DNA of 64,000 bases from Clostridia bacterium (lineage in GTDB: Bacteria; Bacillota; Clostridia; Oscillospirales; RGIG8002). Shown one piece after another: positions 7,537 to 17,600 of the stretch. The first letter of the stretch is position 1. Each line of letters starts with the position of its first letter. The translations under genes were made by a program, and so were the position numbers. The DNA lies in contig JAFTEJ010000004.1 in NCBI GenBank assembly GCA_017453725.1, positions 711 through 64,710 on the forward strand. The letters are read 5' to 3'. The notes below the pieces were generated by a model. It saw nothing but the letters and a program-made list of their open reading frames with translations, did no database searches and was not told the origin of the DNA.

Positions 7537-9906
7537 TTACGCTAATCCGCATTCGGCGCGGAGGGCGATAAGCGCGTCGGCAACGTCAACCTTGCCGTCG
7601 CCGTTGAGGTCGCCGTTCTCAACCGTACCGAGCCCGGCGGCGGCGCGGAGTATCGAAAGCGCGGAGGGCGCTTCCGGTCTCGCGGATTTGACGGGAGCGT
7701 TCGAAAGAAGTTCAACTCCGTCGATGCGTACGACCGCGCCTATAGAGGCGTTGATGAATTCAAGCTTCATGCCCGTCACATTGGCGTCCGGAAGCGCAAA
7801 ACAGAAATTGCCGTCAGAGATTATCGCTCTTTCAACAGTTTCCTCAACTTCACCTTCGGCTGTCGTGAAGGTCAGCTTCACAGCAAATTCACCGGCTGTG
7901 AAATCTGGATAAAGCGTGCTGAAACGGAAGCGTATCGCGCCGTAAGAGCCGGCTGTTTCGGGAAGTTTTGCAAATATTACAGAAGCGTCAGCGGAGCCGC
8001 AGAAAACGTCAAGCGCGCCGTCGTTCAAAGCAATCGCAACGGAAGAAACGCCAAAGGAATCGGCATTCTCGGCAATAATGCCAAACGGTTCAGCTGCCAG
8101 CGGAATCGCGGCAAGCGCATTAATCTTCGCAAGCAGGTCGAGCTTCGCGGCGTATCTGTCAGCCCGCGTAACAGCGGCCTTGTAAGTTTCGAAAGAAGCC
8201 GAGAAATCCGCAAAGCTGGAAGATGTATATTCATATGGATCCTTGCCGTACGCAAGACCCAGGACTTCATAGTAATTCAATCCCGCATCAACTTTGTACG
8301 CATGAATCGAATCGATTTTGAGCGTCGATTTCACGGAGCAGCCGTCCGTCGAAAATCTGAAGGTGTCAAGACCCACTGCGTTTTCAGAGGTTATAGCGGG
8401 CTCGAAGCTCGAGAACGGAAGGAGTATTTCGTTATACTCATTCTTCATATCCTCAGTTACGGTAACGGAGGCGGAGAAGCTGTTCCCCTTCCCGACGCCG
8501 ATGGTAAATTCGTTATCAGCGAATCCGGAGGCGCTGATCACAAATCCGTCATAAGCGGAAAGATCCGTGCTGCCGCCGCTCTTGAGCTTGAACGGAGTCG
8601 CGAGCGGGGTCGTGACCGTGAGGTTGAAGCCCACTTTGGCGTTCGCCATTACTACCAGCGCTCCCTTTGAGACCATCGCGGTCACCGCGGTGTTGTTTGA
8701 AGAAGTGGTGGTAAGAGTTATGCCGTTGACGCTGCTGTTCTTCCTGATATTTGTAAACGACCAGGAGGAGAAGGAGTTAAGATCGGTCACGATATAATCG
8801 TCCGCGAAGGACATCGGCGCGGTATCGAGCGCGAAATCGCGAAGTCCCATTGACGCAGCTATGAACTTCGGAACTTCAATGCTCGCGTGATCCCCGGTGA
8901 ACGCGGAAGCGTTCTTCCCGTAGGTGTAGAGCGCGGAATTCAGCGAGCTGGTTCCGTATCTCTTGAAGCACGAGTTCGTCGTGTTGCCCGAATTGGGACG
9001 GTCGGCAAGCTTAAGCTCGCCCGCCTCGACGTCGCCGACGACCACGAGAAGCGTATCCGGATGCGCGTCAACATACGCCATGGCCGTGCCGACGGCTTCG
9101 TCAAACTTGACGAGTTCATTGACCATACCGGTCATATTTCTCTCAAAGCAATACTTATCGATAAGTCCGCCCTCGGCAACAATGAAGAAGCCGTTATCGT
9201 TATCGAGCAGCTCCGTCGCTTTGGAAAGCATAGCGGAAAGCGTAGGCACCTGATAGCCGGTATCGAAGGAATAATTGCTGAACGCGCCGAAAATCTTTCC
9301 GCCGGGCGTAAGACCGGAAAGCCTGCCGGGCGAAGTGACGTAGTCATATCCGGCGGCGAGCATATCGGCTCTGTAATTATCGAAATACTTTGAACCGCCG
9401 CCGAGGAAAAGATCGATACCGCTGGCGATTTCCTGACGCGCTACGCCGTAAAGATCGGACTTGAGCGGATTATGCACGGCGAAAGCGGCGGGCGTGGCGT
9501 CGTTGAGGTACTTATCGGTGATTATACCGACCTTTTTGCCCGCGTTCCGCATAGCCTCGGTAATAAGCTGAACCTCGTTGCCGTCTTTATCGATGCCGAG
9601 GTTATAGTTCAGCGTCTTTTTGCCGGTGGAAAGCGCAGTCGCGGCAGCCGCCGGATCCGCTATGGCGTTATCCGAGTTTGTCGTGATCAAAGAACCGGAA
9701 TACTCCAGATTCAGCAGGTTGAGCTGCTTTCCGGACTTGATCTTCGCGGCGGTAACGTGCGCCGGACTGATTCCGCTGCCGATGAGCAGAATGACGTTCT
9801 TCGCAGCGAGATCCGCCTGCGGAGCTTCCGCGTATACGCCTATACCCTCAAAGAGCGAAAGCACAAGCGCGAACGCGATGATGATTGAGGCGATTCTTTT
9901 AAGCAT
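7537..9906 (-). CDS. secreted alkaline-phosphatase-fold protein (probably catalytically inactive) with an unassigned ~400-aa C-terminal region and a single dockerin-like repeat
   Basis: AGGAGG RBS. Signal peptide MLKRIASIIIAFALVLSLFEGIGVYAEA. PhoA-like motifs are present but altered: NVILLIGSGIS, ADPAAAATALSTGKKT, NDATPAAFAVH, FFIVAEGGLIDK (see finding). The C-terminus reads DLNGDGKVDVADALIALRAECGLA. Confidence 0.75.
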   Translation of the reverse strand: MLKRIASIIIAFALVLSLFEGIGVYAEAPQADLAAKNVILLIGSGISPAHVTAAKIKSGKQLNLLNLEYSGSLITTNSDNAIADPAAAATALSTGKKTLNYNLGIDKDGNEVQLITEAMRNAGKKVGIITDKYLNDATPAAFAVHNPLKSDLYGVARQEIASGIDLFLGGGSKYFDNYRADMLAAGYDYVTSPGRLSGLTPGGKIFGAFSNYSFDTGYQVPTLSAMLSKATELLDNDNGFFIVAEGGLIDKYCFERNMTGMVNELVKFDEAVGTAMAYVDAHPDTLLVVVGDVEAGELKLADRPNSGNTTNSCFKRYGTSSLNSALYTYGKNASAFTGDHASIEVPKFIAASMGLRDFALDTAPMSFADDYIVTDLNSFSSWSFTNIRKNSSVNGITLTTTSSNNTAVTAMVSKGALVVMANAKVGFNLTVTTPLATPFKLKSGGSTDLSAYDGFVISASGFADNEFTIGVGKGNSFSASVTVTEDMKNEYNEILLPFSSFEPAITSENAVGLDTFRFSTDGCSVKSTLKIDSIHAYKVDAGLNYYEVLGLAYGKDPYEYTSSSFADFSASFETYKAAVTRADRYAAKLDLLAKINALAAIPLAAEPFGIIAENADSFGVSSVAIALNDGALDVFCGSADASVIFAKLPETAGSYGAIRFRFSTLYPDFTAGEFAVKLTFTTAEGEVEETVERAIISDGNFCFALPDANVTGMKLEFINASIGAVVRIDGVELLSNAPVKSARPEAPSALSILRAAAGLGTVENGDLNGDGKVDVADALIALRAECGLA

Positions 9907-10759
9907 TTTCTTTTCCTCCTTGGATTATTGCTGCATTGATTGTGTTCTTTAACAACATCACCCTTGTCATCGGGCCTACTCCGCCCGGGACGGGTGTGAT
10001 AAACGAGGCTTTTGCGGCGCAGGAATCAAAATCGCAGTCGCCGCGAAGTTTGCCGTCTTCGCATCTGTTGATGCCGACGTCGATAACGACGGCTCCTTCT
10101 TTTATCATATCTCCGGTCACGAAACCGGCTCTGCCGATCGCGGCGACAAGTATATCCGCGCGGCGCGTTATATCAGCGAGGTTCACAGTGCGGGAATGGC
10201 AGACGGTAACGGTCCCGTTCTCCTGCATCAGCAGCATCGCCATCGGCTTGCCGACGATGTTGCTCCTGCCGATGACCACGCAGTTTTTGCCTTCGACGGC
10301 AACGCCGGAAAGCTTTATCAGCTCCATGCATCCCGCCGGCGTGCACGGCACGAAGGAATAATCGCCCGTCATTATCCTGCCGACGTTATAATACGAAAAC
10401 GCGTCAACGTCCTTTTCCGGAGCGATGAGCTGCGTTATCTCGGTTCCGTCGAGTCCGTCCGGCAACGGAAGCTGAACGAGTATGCCGTGAACCGAAGAAT
10501 CGGCGTTGAGCGATTTTATAATGCCGGTCAGCTCTTCCCTGCCCGTATCCGCCGGAAGCGTTATGCTCTGAGATATGATCCCGACCTCTTCGCAATCGCG
10601 CTTTTTGTTGCGGACGTATACCTGCGACGCGGGATCGTCTCCGACAAGTATAACGGCGAGCTTCGGCGCGACGCCTTCGCCTTTCAGCGCGGCGACCTGT
10701 TCTTTTATATCTTCTTTCAGCTTTGCGGCAAGCACCTTTCCGTCAAGAATAACAGCCAC
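9899..10759 (-). CDS. folD: bifunctional methylenetetrahydrofolate dehydrogenase / methenyl-THF cyclohydrolase
   Basis: 286 aa. MAVILDGKVLA..., VYVRNKKRDCEEVGI, HGILVQLPLP, VVIGRSNIVGKPMAMLL and PVPGGVGPMT are canonical FolD motifs. GTG start; its last 8 nt overlap the downstream gene's start. Confidence 0.9.
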   Translation of the reverse strand: MAVILDGKVLAAKLKEDIKEQVAALKGEGVAPKLAVILVGDDPASQVYVRNKKRDCEEVGIISQSITLPADTGREELTGIIKSLNADSSVHGILVQLPLPDGLDGTEITQLIAPEKDVDAFSYYNVGRIMTGDYSFVPCTPAGCMELIKLSGVAVEGKNCVVIGRSNIVGKPMAMLLMQENGTVTVCHSRTVNLADITRRADILVAAIGRAGFVTGDMIKEGAVVIDVGINRCEDGKLRGDCDFDSCAAKASFITPVPGGVGPMTRVMLLKNTINAAIIQGGKENA

Positions 10760-11679
10760 TATTCCTCGTCCTCCGTCGGTATGTCTATAACAAGCGCGTC
10801 TTCATCGTCCGAAGCCGAAGACGCCTTGTGCTTGCCGCGCTTTTTGATTCGGAAAACTATGATCAGCACAACCGCGGCAATAAACGTTGCGGCGGCTATG
10901 ACCTGAGAAATACGGACGTTTCCGAACAGTATCAGGCTGTCGGTACGCAAGCCTTCGACAAACATACGTTCAAAGCCGTACCAGGCGCAGTACATAAGCG
11001 CGATCTCGCCGTCGAACTTTTTGAGTTTTTTATAGCACAGCCAAAGGACGAGGACTCCGAGCAGACACCAGAGCGATTCATAGAGGAAGGTCGGATGCAC
11101 GGGCTTCGACGAATCAAGGATTATCCCGAAGCGCTCCTTGACGTCCGCCGCTTCGCTGCGGATGTTTTCGGCGATGATGTTGCCGGTCATACCCCACGGC
11201 AAATCCGTATTGACGCCGAAAGCCTCCTGATTGAAGAAGTTGCCCCAGCGTCCGAGCGCCTGTCCGATAAGTATCGCAGGCGCGGCGATGTCCGCAAGCT
11301 TCAGGAACGGCTGCTTTTTTACGCGGCAGTACACGAACGACGCGAGCACGGCGAATATGACTCCGCCGTATATCGCGAGTCCTCCGTTCCAGATATACAG
11401 AATGCTGACGGGGTCCGCGAGATACTGATCCAGTCGGAAAAGCACGTAATACAGCCTTGCTCCGATGAGTCCGAAAACCATGGCGATTATAGCAATGTCG
11501 ATGAACGTATCGCTTTTGAACCCCCGCTTCTTGCCCTGAACGAGCGCATAAACGATTGCCAGCGCGAATCCGAGCATAATGCAGAGCGCGTACCACTTGA
11601 TCTCGATCGAGCCGATCTTGAACGCGGTAGGCGAAACGTTCACCGTTATTCCGAGCTTCGGAAAGCTTATATAGTCCAT
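10759..11679 (-). CDS. lgt: prolipoprotein diacylglyceryl transferase
   Basis: The ORF runs 10759..11706. The ATG at 11679 (MDYISFP) is preceded by GGAGGAG. Motifs IKWYALCIMLGF, GARLYYVLF, GGLAIYGGVI and GRWGNFFNQEAFG are present. The tail is acidic. Confidence 0.9.
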   Translation of the reverse strand: MDYISFPKLGITVNVSPTAFKIGSIEIKWYALCIMLGFALAIVYALVQGKKRGFKSDTFIDIAIIAMVFGLIGARLYYVLFRLDQYLADPVSILYIWNGGLAIYGGVIFAVLASFVYCRVKKQPFLKLADIAAPAILIGQALGRWGNFFNQEAFGVNTDLPWGMTGNIIAENIRSEAADVKERFGIILDSSKPVHPTFLYESLWCLLGVLVLWLCYKKLKKFDGEIALMYCAWYGFERMFVEGLRTDSLILFGNVRISQVIAAATFIAAVVLIIVFRIKKRGKHKASSASDDEDALVIDIPTEDEE

Positions 11680-11724
11680 TATAACTCCTCCGGAGAAAAA
11701 TATCAACTAAAAACTATATGCCGA

Positions 11725-12795
11725 CTAAAATGTGTCTATGATCCGCGCGATATAGCGCATGATAATCAGCACGTCGGAAACGGTTACGACTCCGTCGCCG
11801 TCGACGTCGGCGGCTTTGCGCTGGTTAGTAGTGGGCTTCTTCAAGCCGAGCGAATAGCGAAGCGCGAGGAGCGCGTCCTCGATATCGGTCGCGCCGTCCT
11901 TGTTCGGATCGCCGAGCGTGTACGCCGGAGTCACGACCGGCAGCTTTATATCAGCTATTAGCGGCCAGTGGTCGGACGCTGCCCTGATCGCCTGATCCCT
12001 GACCTGCGCGGTGTAAAGGCAGGTCGCTTCGACGCTGCAGAAGATATGATCGACGCAGCCGGAAATCGGGTTCGGGTCGACGTCGAACAGAACGTTGCTG
12101 TTCGCTATGGTCTGATACGGAACCTCGTCTATGGTGGCGTTCATATCGCCTGTGGAAATAAACGGGCACTTGTTCTTGCTCAGCCACGTCTGCGCTTTTT
12201 TAACGAGCTCTCCCGCCTGAATAGTCCTCTGCGGGGTGTTATCGCCGCCGGAGCCTTCCCAACCGGAATTCAGATGCGTCGAGCTGACAGCAAACTTCCT
12301 TCCGTCGGCTTTATTCTGGAAAAGAGCTATAGCCATGTGGCGCATCTGTATGCTGTTGGAAACGGAGTATTTATAGAGCTCGGTCTTTACAACGTCATAC
12401 TTCGTCTTATCATACAGAAGAAGAGAGCAGTTTTCATCGTCGCCATCGGCCGATATATCGGGAAAGATGAACTCATACTTATCGCCGAGCAGCTCGCGAA
12501 TCGCAATATGCCAAAGCTTGGAGCATTCCTGAAGCCCTATAACGTCCGGCTTATAATAATTCACAAAATCGGCGAAAAGCTGCGGACGGTTGCCAAGCAC
12601 CCACGGACTCCAGCTGAAATCCTCCTGCGCGACGAGCACGTTATACGAAATGATTCGTATATCCGCGCCTTCGACGAGCTGCTCAGGATACGTGCCGACG
12701 TATCCGTCCGCCGCGGCGCTGAATGAAACCGCCGCCGGAAACGCCGTCGCAAGCACGGTCAACGTGAGCAGTAAAGCTGTCAATCTTCTTTTCAT
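11725..12795 (-). CDS. secreted EEP-family (endonuclease/exonuclease/phosphatase) hydrolase with C-terminal dockerin
   Basis: Signal peptide MKRRLTALLLTLTVLATAFPAAVSFSAAA. EEP catalytic motifs are intact: IISYNVL, IGLQEC, VSSTHL, TGDMNAT, ASDHWPL. Dockerin duplicated Ca loops: DPNKDGATDIEDA and DVDGDGVVTVSDV. Confidence 0.75.
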   Translation of the reverse strand: MKRRLTALLLTLTVLATAFPAAVSFSAAADGYVGTYPEQLVEGADIRIISYNVLVAQEDFSWSPWVLGNRPQLFADFVNYYKPDVIGLQECSKLWHIAIRELLGDKYEFIFPDISADGDDENCSLLLYDKTKYDVVKTELYKYSVSNSIQMRHMAIALFQNKADGRKFAVSSTHLNSGWEGSGGDNTPQRTIQAGELVKKAQTWLSKNKCPFISTGDMNATIDEVPYQTIANSNVLFDVDPNPISGCVDHIFCSVEATCLYTAQVRDQAIRAASDHWPLIADIKLPVVTPAYTLGDPNKDGATDIEDALLALRYSLGLKKPTTNQRKAADVDGDGVVTVSDVLIIMRYIARIIDTF

Positions 12796-12833
12796 AATAT
12801 ACCTCCAAAGATAAAGTCAGGAAGGATACGCGG

Positions 12834-15800
12834 CTATTCGGCAAAACCCGCAGCTCTGCGGAGAATCCGCAGCGCGTCGGAAACCGTTATCACGCCGTCG
12901 CCGTCGAGGTCCGCGGACAGGCTCTGGTAGCCTTCCGGCTCCGCGAGCCCTACGGAAATACGCAGCGCGGCAAGCGCGTCCGCTACGGTTATCTCGCCGT
13001 CGTCATCGACGTCTCCCATCGTATAAGGAGGCGGCGTGGTGTCAACAACGGTAAAGCGAACGGTCGTTGAATACTCATCGTATCCGTTTATGACAATAAG
13101 CTCGTATTCACCGGGTTCGGTGACGTCCGTCTCGTAATAGCGCCGCTCGCCGTTAAGATAGGCGATGTGGCCGCAGTTCCATGAAGTGCGGATCTCATCT
13201 GTGTAAAGGTCGTACGTCGCGCCGTCCTCAACGCCGGTGACGACCGGAGCGACGAGCGGTACGAACTCGAACTTAGTCGGATTGCTTTCCGCGAACGTCT
13301 GGGCGTAAGAGCCCTCTACGCCGTAGAGCTTGACAGTTTTCATATTATTGCTGAAAAGGCTTCCGCTTATTGACGTCACGCTTTCGGGGATATAGACGGA
13401 TTCCATAATATACTGTGTGCCGAGATTGGCGCTGACGCTTGTCGTGCCGTTTCTGACAATGAGCTCGCGGGCGCGGTAGTCGCCGCTCAGCACGGTAGAC
13501 GAAAACGTCGATCCGCTTCCGATTATCACGGTGCCGACGCCGGTATTGCGGAACGCGTAAGAATTGACCGACGCGCCGTCCGGGATATCGACCGTACCGA
13601 GCAGCTTGCAGTCGTTGAATGCGTACTGCCCTATCGTTTTAAGCGACGCCGGGAACTCGATCTCACGCAGCGAACTGCAGGCGTTGAATGCGTACTGATC
13701 GATCTTCGTAAGCGTTGACGGCAGTTTGACGGTCATATGATGCACCGTTCTGCCGTATCCGGCGAAAGCGTATTGCCCTATCACAGTCACGGGATACCCT
13801 TCTATCTCATCGGGGATGACGACGTCGCGCAGACCGGAGATGCAGTTTGTGATCGTTACTTCGCCGTTGTTTACGGAATAAAGGAATTCGTCCGTCGCGG
13901 TCTTCGTTCCGTCGACCGTGAACTGCGCGGTCTCAAACGATTGCCCGGAAGCCTCGTCAATGAGCTGAACGCGATAGCTCCCACCCTCCGGAACGCGTAT
14001 CCTGATCAAACGCTTGATATAGAGGTAATCGCTGTCCGTCACAACCGAAAGCAGATTGTCCTTATCAAGCGCGGTTACGGTTTCCGTGCCGTCGCCGAGA
14101 TTTTTGACACGCACCGAGGGATGCTCGTAATAAGGCGAGTTCGTAGTTTCGATGTATATGAATCCGTTGCGGTTGATCGCCGCGGTATCAGCGAACTGAT
14201 GCCCGTCGGCGGAAACCTTTATGGAATCATATATGACCGTCGGTCTCGGAGTAACTGCGGTAAGCGCCCTGTCTATCATATGAGGAGTCGCGTATTTCAT
14301 CCCGGCGATCTTTGAAACGACTGTATACATCGGCGAGGACGGGTCGAGCCGCGCGACGGCCTCCCGAAGCGCGCTCTTGTCATACTCCTTCGGAAGCGCC
14401 CACTTCTGCAGCGAATGCGGATAAGTGCGTTCGGCAAAGAAAACGTACGAGCTGTCCGGCGTAAACTTAATGCGCGAAACGATATAGCCTTCGAGGTTGG
14501 CGTCCGTCTCGCCCGCCTTCAGCGTTTCGAGGTAGGTTCCGTCGGCGGCAAACAGCTTCGCGCCTCCGTCGTAAGCGGCGACAACGATGTATTTCCCGTC
14601 CGGCGAATACGCGGCTTCTCTGATAACGTTCCCGAAGCCGCCGAGCAGCGAAATCAGCTCGCCGCTCTCGACGTCAAAGAGTCTCGCGGCGCCGTAGGTG
14701 GAGGTGCAAAGCAGATTCTTATCGTCCGGCGAGAAGACTATGCGCCTTACAGAACCGGTGTTGACGTTATTGACGGCGGTTATTATCGTTTTGCTTTCGA
14801 CGTCCCAGATATTAACGACGCCGTTGTCGTCGGAGGTAACAAGCAGTCTGCCGTCCGATGAGAAATCCGCGCCGCGGATCGCTCTGACGTGGCCTTCTGT
14901 GAGGTGGGCGTACTCAGTCCAGTCAGAAGTGTTGTATAAGAACGCGCCGTTGCTTGTGGTCGTTACCGCGAGCATCGCTCCGTCGTCCGAAAGCGCGATA
15001 TAGCGCGGGTCGCTGCCGACGTCTATCTCCTGCAGCTTAACGCCCGTCGTTGCGTCGAACACACGGAAGCGCCATTTACCGCTGCCGGAAGAATACTTCT
15101 GCGAGCCGCCGTTGAAGCCGCCGACTATCAGAGCGCTGCTGTCTTTTGTGAAGAGAACGTTCTCCTGGATTACCGCGCCGTTCGAAATCCTTCTCGGCGT
15201 TTTTGAGTAATCCGAGGTGTCGAAAACCGCGATATTGCCCTGCGTCGAAGCGACGGCAAGCTTGCTGCCGTCGGGAGAATAGACGACGCGGAGCGCTCTG
15301 TCGAAACCGGTCGAGAGAATCGCCTTCGTCACATTCGTGACCGGGTCCATAATGTAGACTTTCTTCATATGGTCGGCGGAAGCGATTTCCGTGCCGTCCG
15401 GCTTGACGTCGGTAGCGAAATTGATGTCCCAATAGTCGTTTATGGCGACGGCGTTGAGACCTGTCGAATAATTCACGCTTTCTTCGGTCGTGAAATCGTC
15501 GGTATTATCCGTCAGCTCGCCCGCCTCGAGGTAGCAGCGGACGTAATCGACGTTGATAACGTACTCGTCCTCCGCGCCCCATGCTTCATCGACGATGTTG
15601 TTCGGATATCCGTCGCTTTCCGGCGTCCTCGCGCGCGGCGTGTTATTGAAGACTATATATCTCGCCGTATCGCCGAAGGCGAACTTCTTGCCTTCGCTGT
15701 TATAAAGGAGCGACATATACTGCATTCCGTCGAAGTAGTATCTGATCATATCGCGGTCCATTTCAAGACCGTAGGTGTGGTACTCGTCGCTCAGGTACTT

Positions 15801-17549
15801 TTCGCCGTAGCCGTAGTTGTCCATATAAATGACCTTGGCCCACTCCTTTTTGCCCTCGTCGTCCGTCCAGTGAACGGTGCCGATGACCGTGCCGTTGGCC
15901 TTTATATCGTTCTTGACGACCATTTCCATAATATCGACTTCGCCGGCGCCCATATTCATCATATCGGTAGGCATAAGCCAGAACGCCGGGAACTGCCCCG
16001 TTCCGTAAGCGAGCTTTGCGCGTATCTCGATCTTTCCGTAGCCGAACGCGAACTTGCCGCTCGTGTTCATGTACGTACCGGACATTTCATAAGCGTCGTA
16101 TCTGCCGTATCTGCCTTTGAAGTTGAGGTTGCCGTCGGAGACGTCTATGAGGTCCTCGTCGTCTGGATAAACGGCGCCGTCGGAATAGCCGTCGTAAACG
16201 TTCCACTTTGTGCGGTCTAGGGAGTCGCCGTCAAATTCATCGCTCCAACTCTGAACATACTCTTCCTCAATGACGCGGTAAAGATAAAACTTTTTATAAG
16301 CAGTGCCGGTCGTTGCTTTGACGGTTTCGCCGGCGGTCGTCAGCTTGCCGACGTTTCTGACCTGAATCGTGGCTTTGCCGCCGGAAATGCTGATAGACCA
16401 TTCCTGGCGGGTATTATTGAGATTAGGCTCCTTCGCTTCAACGCTTGCGCCGGACTCGGCAATCGTAAGCACGTTGGTGCTTGACTTATTGATGATTCTG
16501 AAGGTGCCGTTGCCGGAGGGCGACGGCGAAAGCTGCCACATTTGAGTACGGTCGCCTTCAACGTTTTCTTCGAGCGAATACTTCAGCGCGCTGTCTTCGA
16601 TGGCGAGGGTATTATCTCCCCATCTTATCGCGGTCTCCGAAACGGGAGGTCCGAGCGTAATCGCCTTTCCGCCGGAGCTCTCTATGATTTTATAGTAGGC
16701 GTTATCAACGATCTGGCTGCGCGAGGTCACCTGCGTCTCGGAATAAGGCGTAGCCGCGCCGCTCTCAAGGATCTCGTTATACGCGTTCAGATCGGCGACG
16801 CAGAGCGAAGCACCTTTTGCCGCTATACGAATATAATTCATACTGCCGTCTTTTGCAAGCGGTCGGTCGCTTGTCGACGTAAAGTATTCAAACGGGATAT
16901 AGACGTATCCGATCCCGTCGGAGACAATCCCGGACGCGGTGTATGTGTAATTGTCAACGCCGGAGCGAAGTCCGATTGTGACGTCGAGCACGGCGCCGCC
17001 AGCTACCCACATCTTAATGCCGTCTGCCTTCAGCATATCAAGCCCGAACGGAGACTGCCCCGCAACACCGCTTCTGGAAGCGCCGTTGGAAAGAACCGCC
17101 CCGTTTTCGTCACCTGTTACGGAAACGGAGAACTCAACGCCGTCCGGCTTCAGATCCCTGTCGAAAACGGGAGTCGAAGAGGATTCGATCATAGCCTTAA
17201 GATCCTCATCTGTCCAACCGTTGAAGCCGTTAAGCGGAATAATCTCAACGTCGTTCATCGGCTTGAGCATACTCTCGGCGTATTTGAGTTCTTCAAACGC
17301 GGCCTGAAACTCTTCGTCGGTCGCAAGATCGTTATACGCTGCAAAAGTCGCTTCCCATCTCTCGATGCGGTCGGCGAGATACTTTCTCGACTGCTCGCTG
17401 TAGCCCTTGAAGAGAAGGGATTTCGCGTACGCAAGCTCATCTATCGCCTTCGGATTACCATCCGCTCCAACGGTTATCACCGATGACAGCGGCAGCATCG
17501 AAATCGCAAGCGCCAGCGTAAGCAGTATTGCGGTGAGTTTTCTTTTCAT
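12834..17549 (-). CDS. 1571-aa secreted multidomain protein (paralogue A1): FIVAR-like helix, beta-sandwich, ricin-type lectin, GH16, WD40/PD40-like propeller, BspA-type LRR, Ig-like domain, dockerin
   Basis: A signal peptide is present. Q-x-W lectin motifs QMWQL and QEWSI. GH16 catalytic motif GEVDIMEMV with WSDEFDG and FPAFWLMP. Six or more SPDG/SDDG-type propeller blades, including VVNIWDVES. LRR_5-like repeats (IGQYAFAG..., IDQYAFNACSSLREIEFP, IGQYAFNDCKLL). Dockerin loops DVDDDGEITVADA and DLDGDGVITVSDA. Confidence 0.8.
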   Translation of the reverse strand: MKRKLTAILLTLALAISMLPLSSVITVGADGNPKAIDELAYAKSLLFKGYSEQSRKYLADRIERWEATFAAYNDLATDEEFQAAFEELKYAESMLKPMNDVEIIPLNGFNGWTDEDLKAMIESSSTPVFDRDLKPDGVEFSVSVTGDENGAVLSNGASRSGVAGQSPFGLDMLKADGIKMWVAGGAVLDVTIGLRSGVDNYTYTASGIVSDGIGYVYIPFEYFTSTSDRPLAKDGSMNYIRIAAKGASLCVADLNAYNEILESGAATPYSETQVTSRSQIVDNAYYKIIESSGGKAITLGPPVSETAIRWGDNTLAIEDSALKYSLEENVEGDRTQMWQLSPSPSGNGTFRIINKSSTNVLTIAESGASVEAKEPNLNNTRQEWSISISGGKATIQVRNVGKLTTAGETVKATTGTAYKKFYLYRVIEEEYVQSWSDEFDGDSLDRTKWNVYDGYSDGAVYPDDEDLIDVSDGNLNFKGRYGRYDAYEMSGTYMNTSGKFAFGYGKIEIRAKLAYGTGQFPAFWLMPTDMMNMGAGEVDIMEMVVKNDIKANGTVIGTVHWTDDEGKKEWAKVIYMDNYGYGEKYLSDEYHTYGLEMDRDMIRYYFDGMQYMSLLYNSEGKKFAFGDTARYIVFNNTPRARTPESDGYPNNIVDEAWGAEDEYVINVDYVRCYLEAGELTDNTDDFTTEESVNYSTGLNAVAINDYWDINFATDVKPDGTEIASADHMKKVYIMDPVTNVTKAILSTGFDRALRVVYSPDGSKLAVASTQGNIAVFDTSDYSKTPRRISNGAVIQENVLFTKDSSALIVGGFNGGSQKYSSGSGKWRFRVFDATTGVKLQEIDVGSDPRYIALSDDGAMLAVTTTSNGAFLYNTSDWTEYAHLTEGHVRAIRGADFSSDGRLLVTSDDNGVVNIWDVESKTIITAVNNVNTGSVRRIVFSPDDKNLLCTSTYGAARLFDVESGELISLLGGFGNVIREAAYSPDGKYIVVAAYDGGAKLFAADGTYLETLKAGETDANLEGYIVSRIKFTPDSSYVFFAERTYPHSLQKWALPKEYDKSALREAVARLDPSSPMYTVVSKIAGMKYATPHMIDRALTAVTPRPTVIYDSIKVSADGHQFADTAAINRNGFIYIETTNSPYYEHPSVRVKNLGDGTETVTALDKDNLLSVVTDSDYLYIKRLIRIRVPEGGSYRVQLIDEASGQSFETAQFTVDGTKTATDEFLYSVNNGEVTITNCISGLRDVVIPDEIEGYPVTVIGQYAFAGYGRTVHHMTVKLPSTLTKIDQYAFNACSSLREIEFPASLKTIGQYAFNDCKLLGTVDIPDGASVNSYAFRNTGVGTVIIGSGSTFSSTVLSGDYRARELIVRNGTTSVSANLGTQYIMESVYIPESVTSISGSLFSNNMKTVKLYGVEGSYAQTFAESNPTKFEFVPLVAPVVTGVEDGATYDLYTDEIRTSWNCGHIAYLNGERRYYETDVTEPGEYELIVINGYDEYSTTVRFTVVDTTPPPYTMGDVDDDGEITVADALAALRISVGLAEPEGYQSLSADLDGDGVITVSDALRILRRAAGFAE

Positions 17550-17600
17550 AACAGACCCTCCGTTTCTTTGTCTGAAAAAAGACGGGGTGATAATCGCGTG

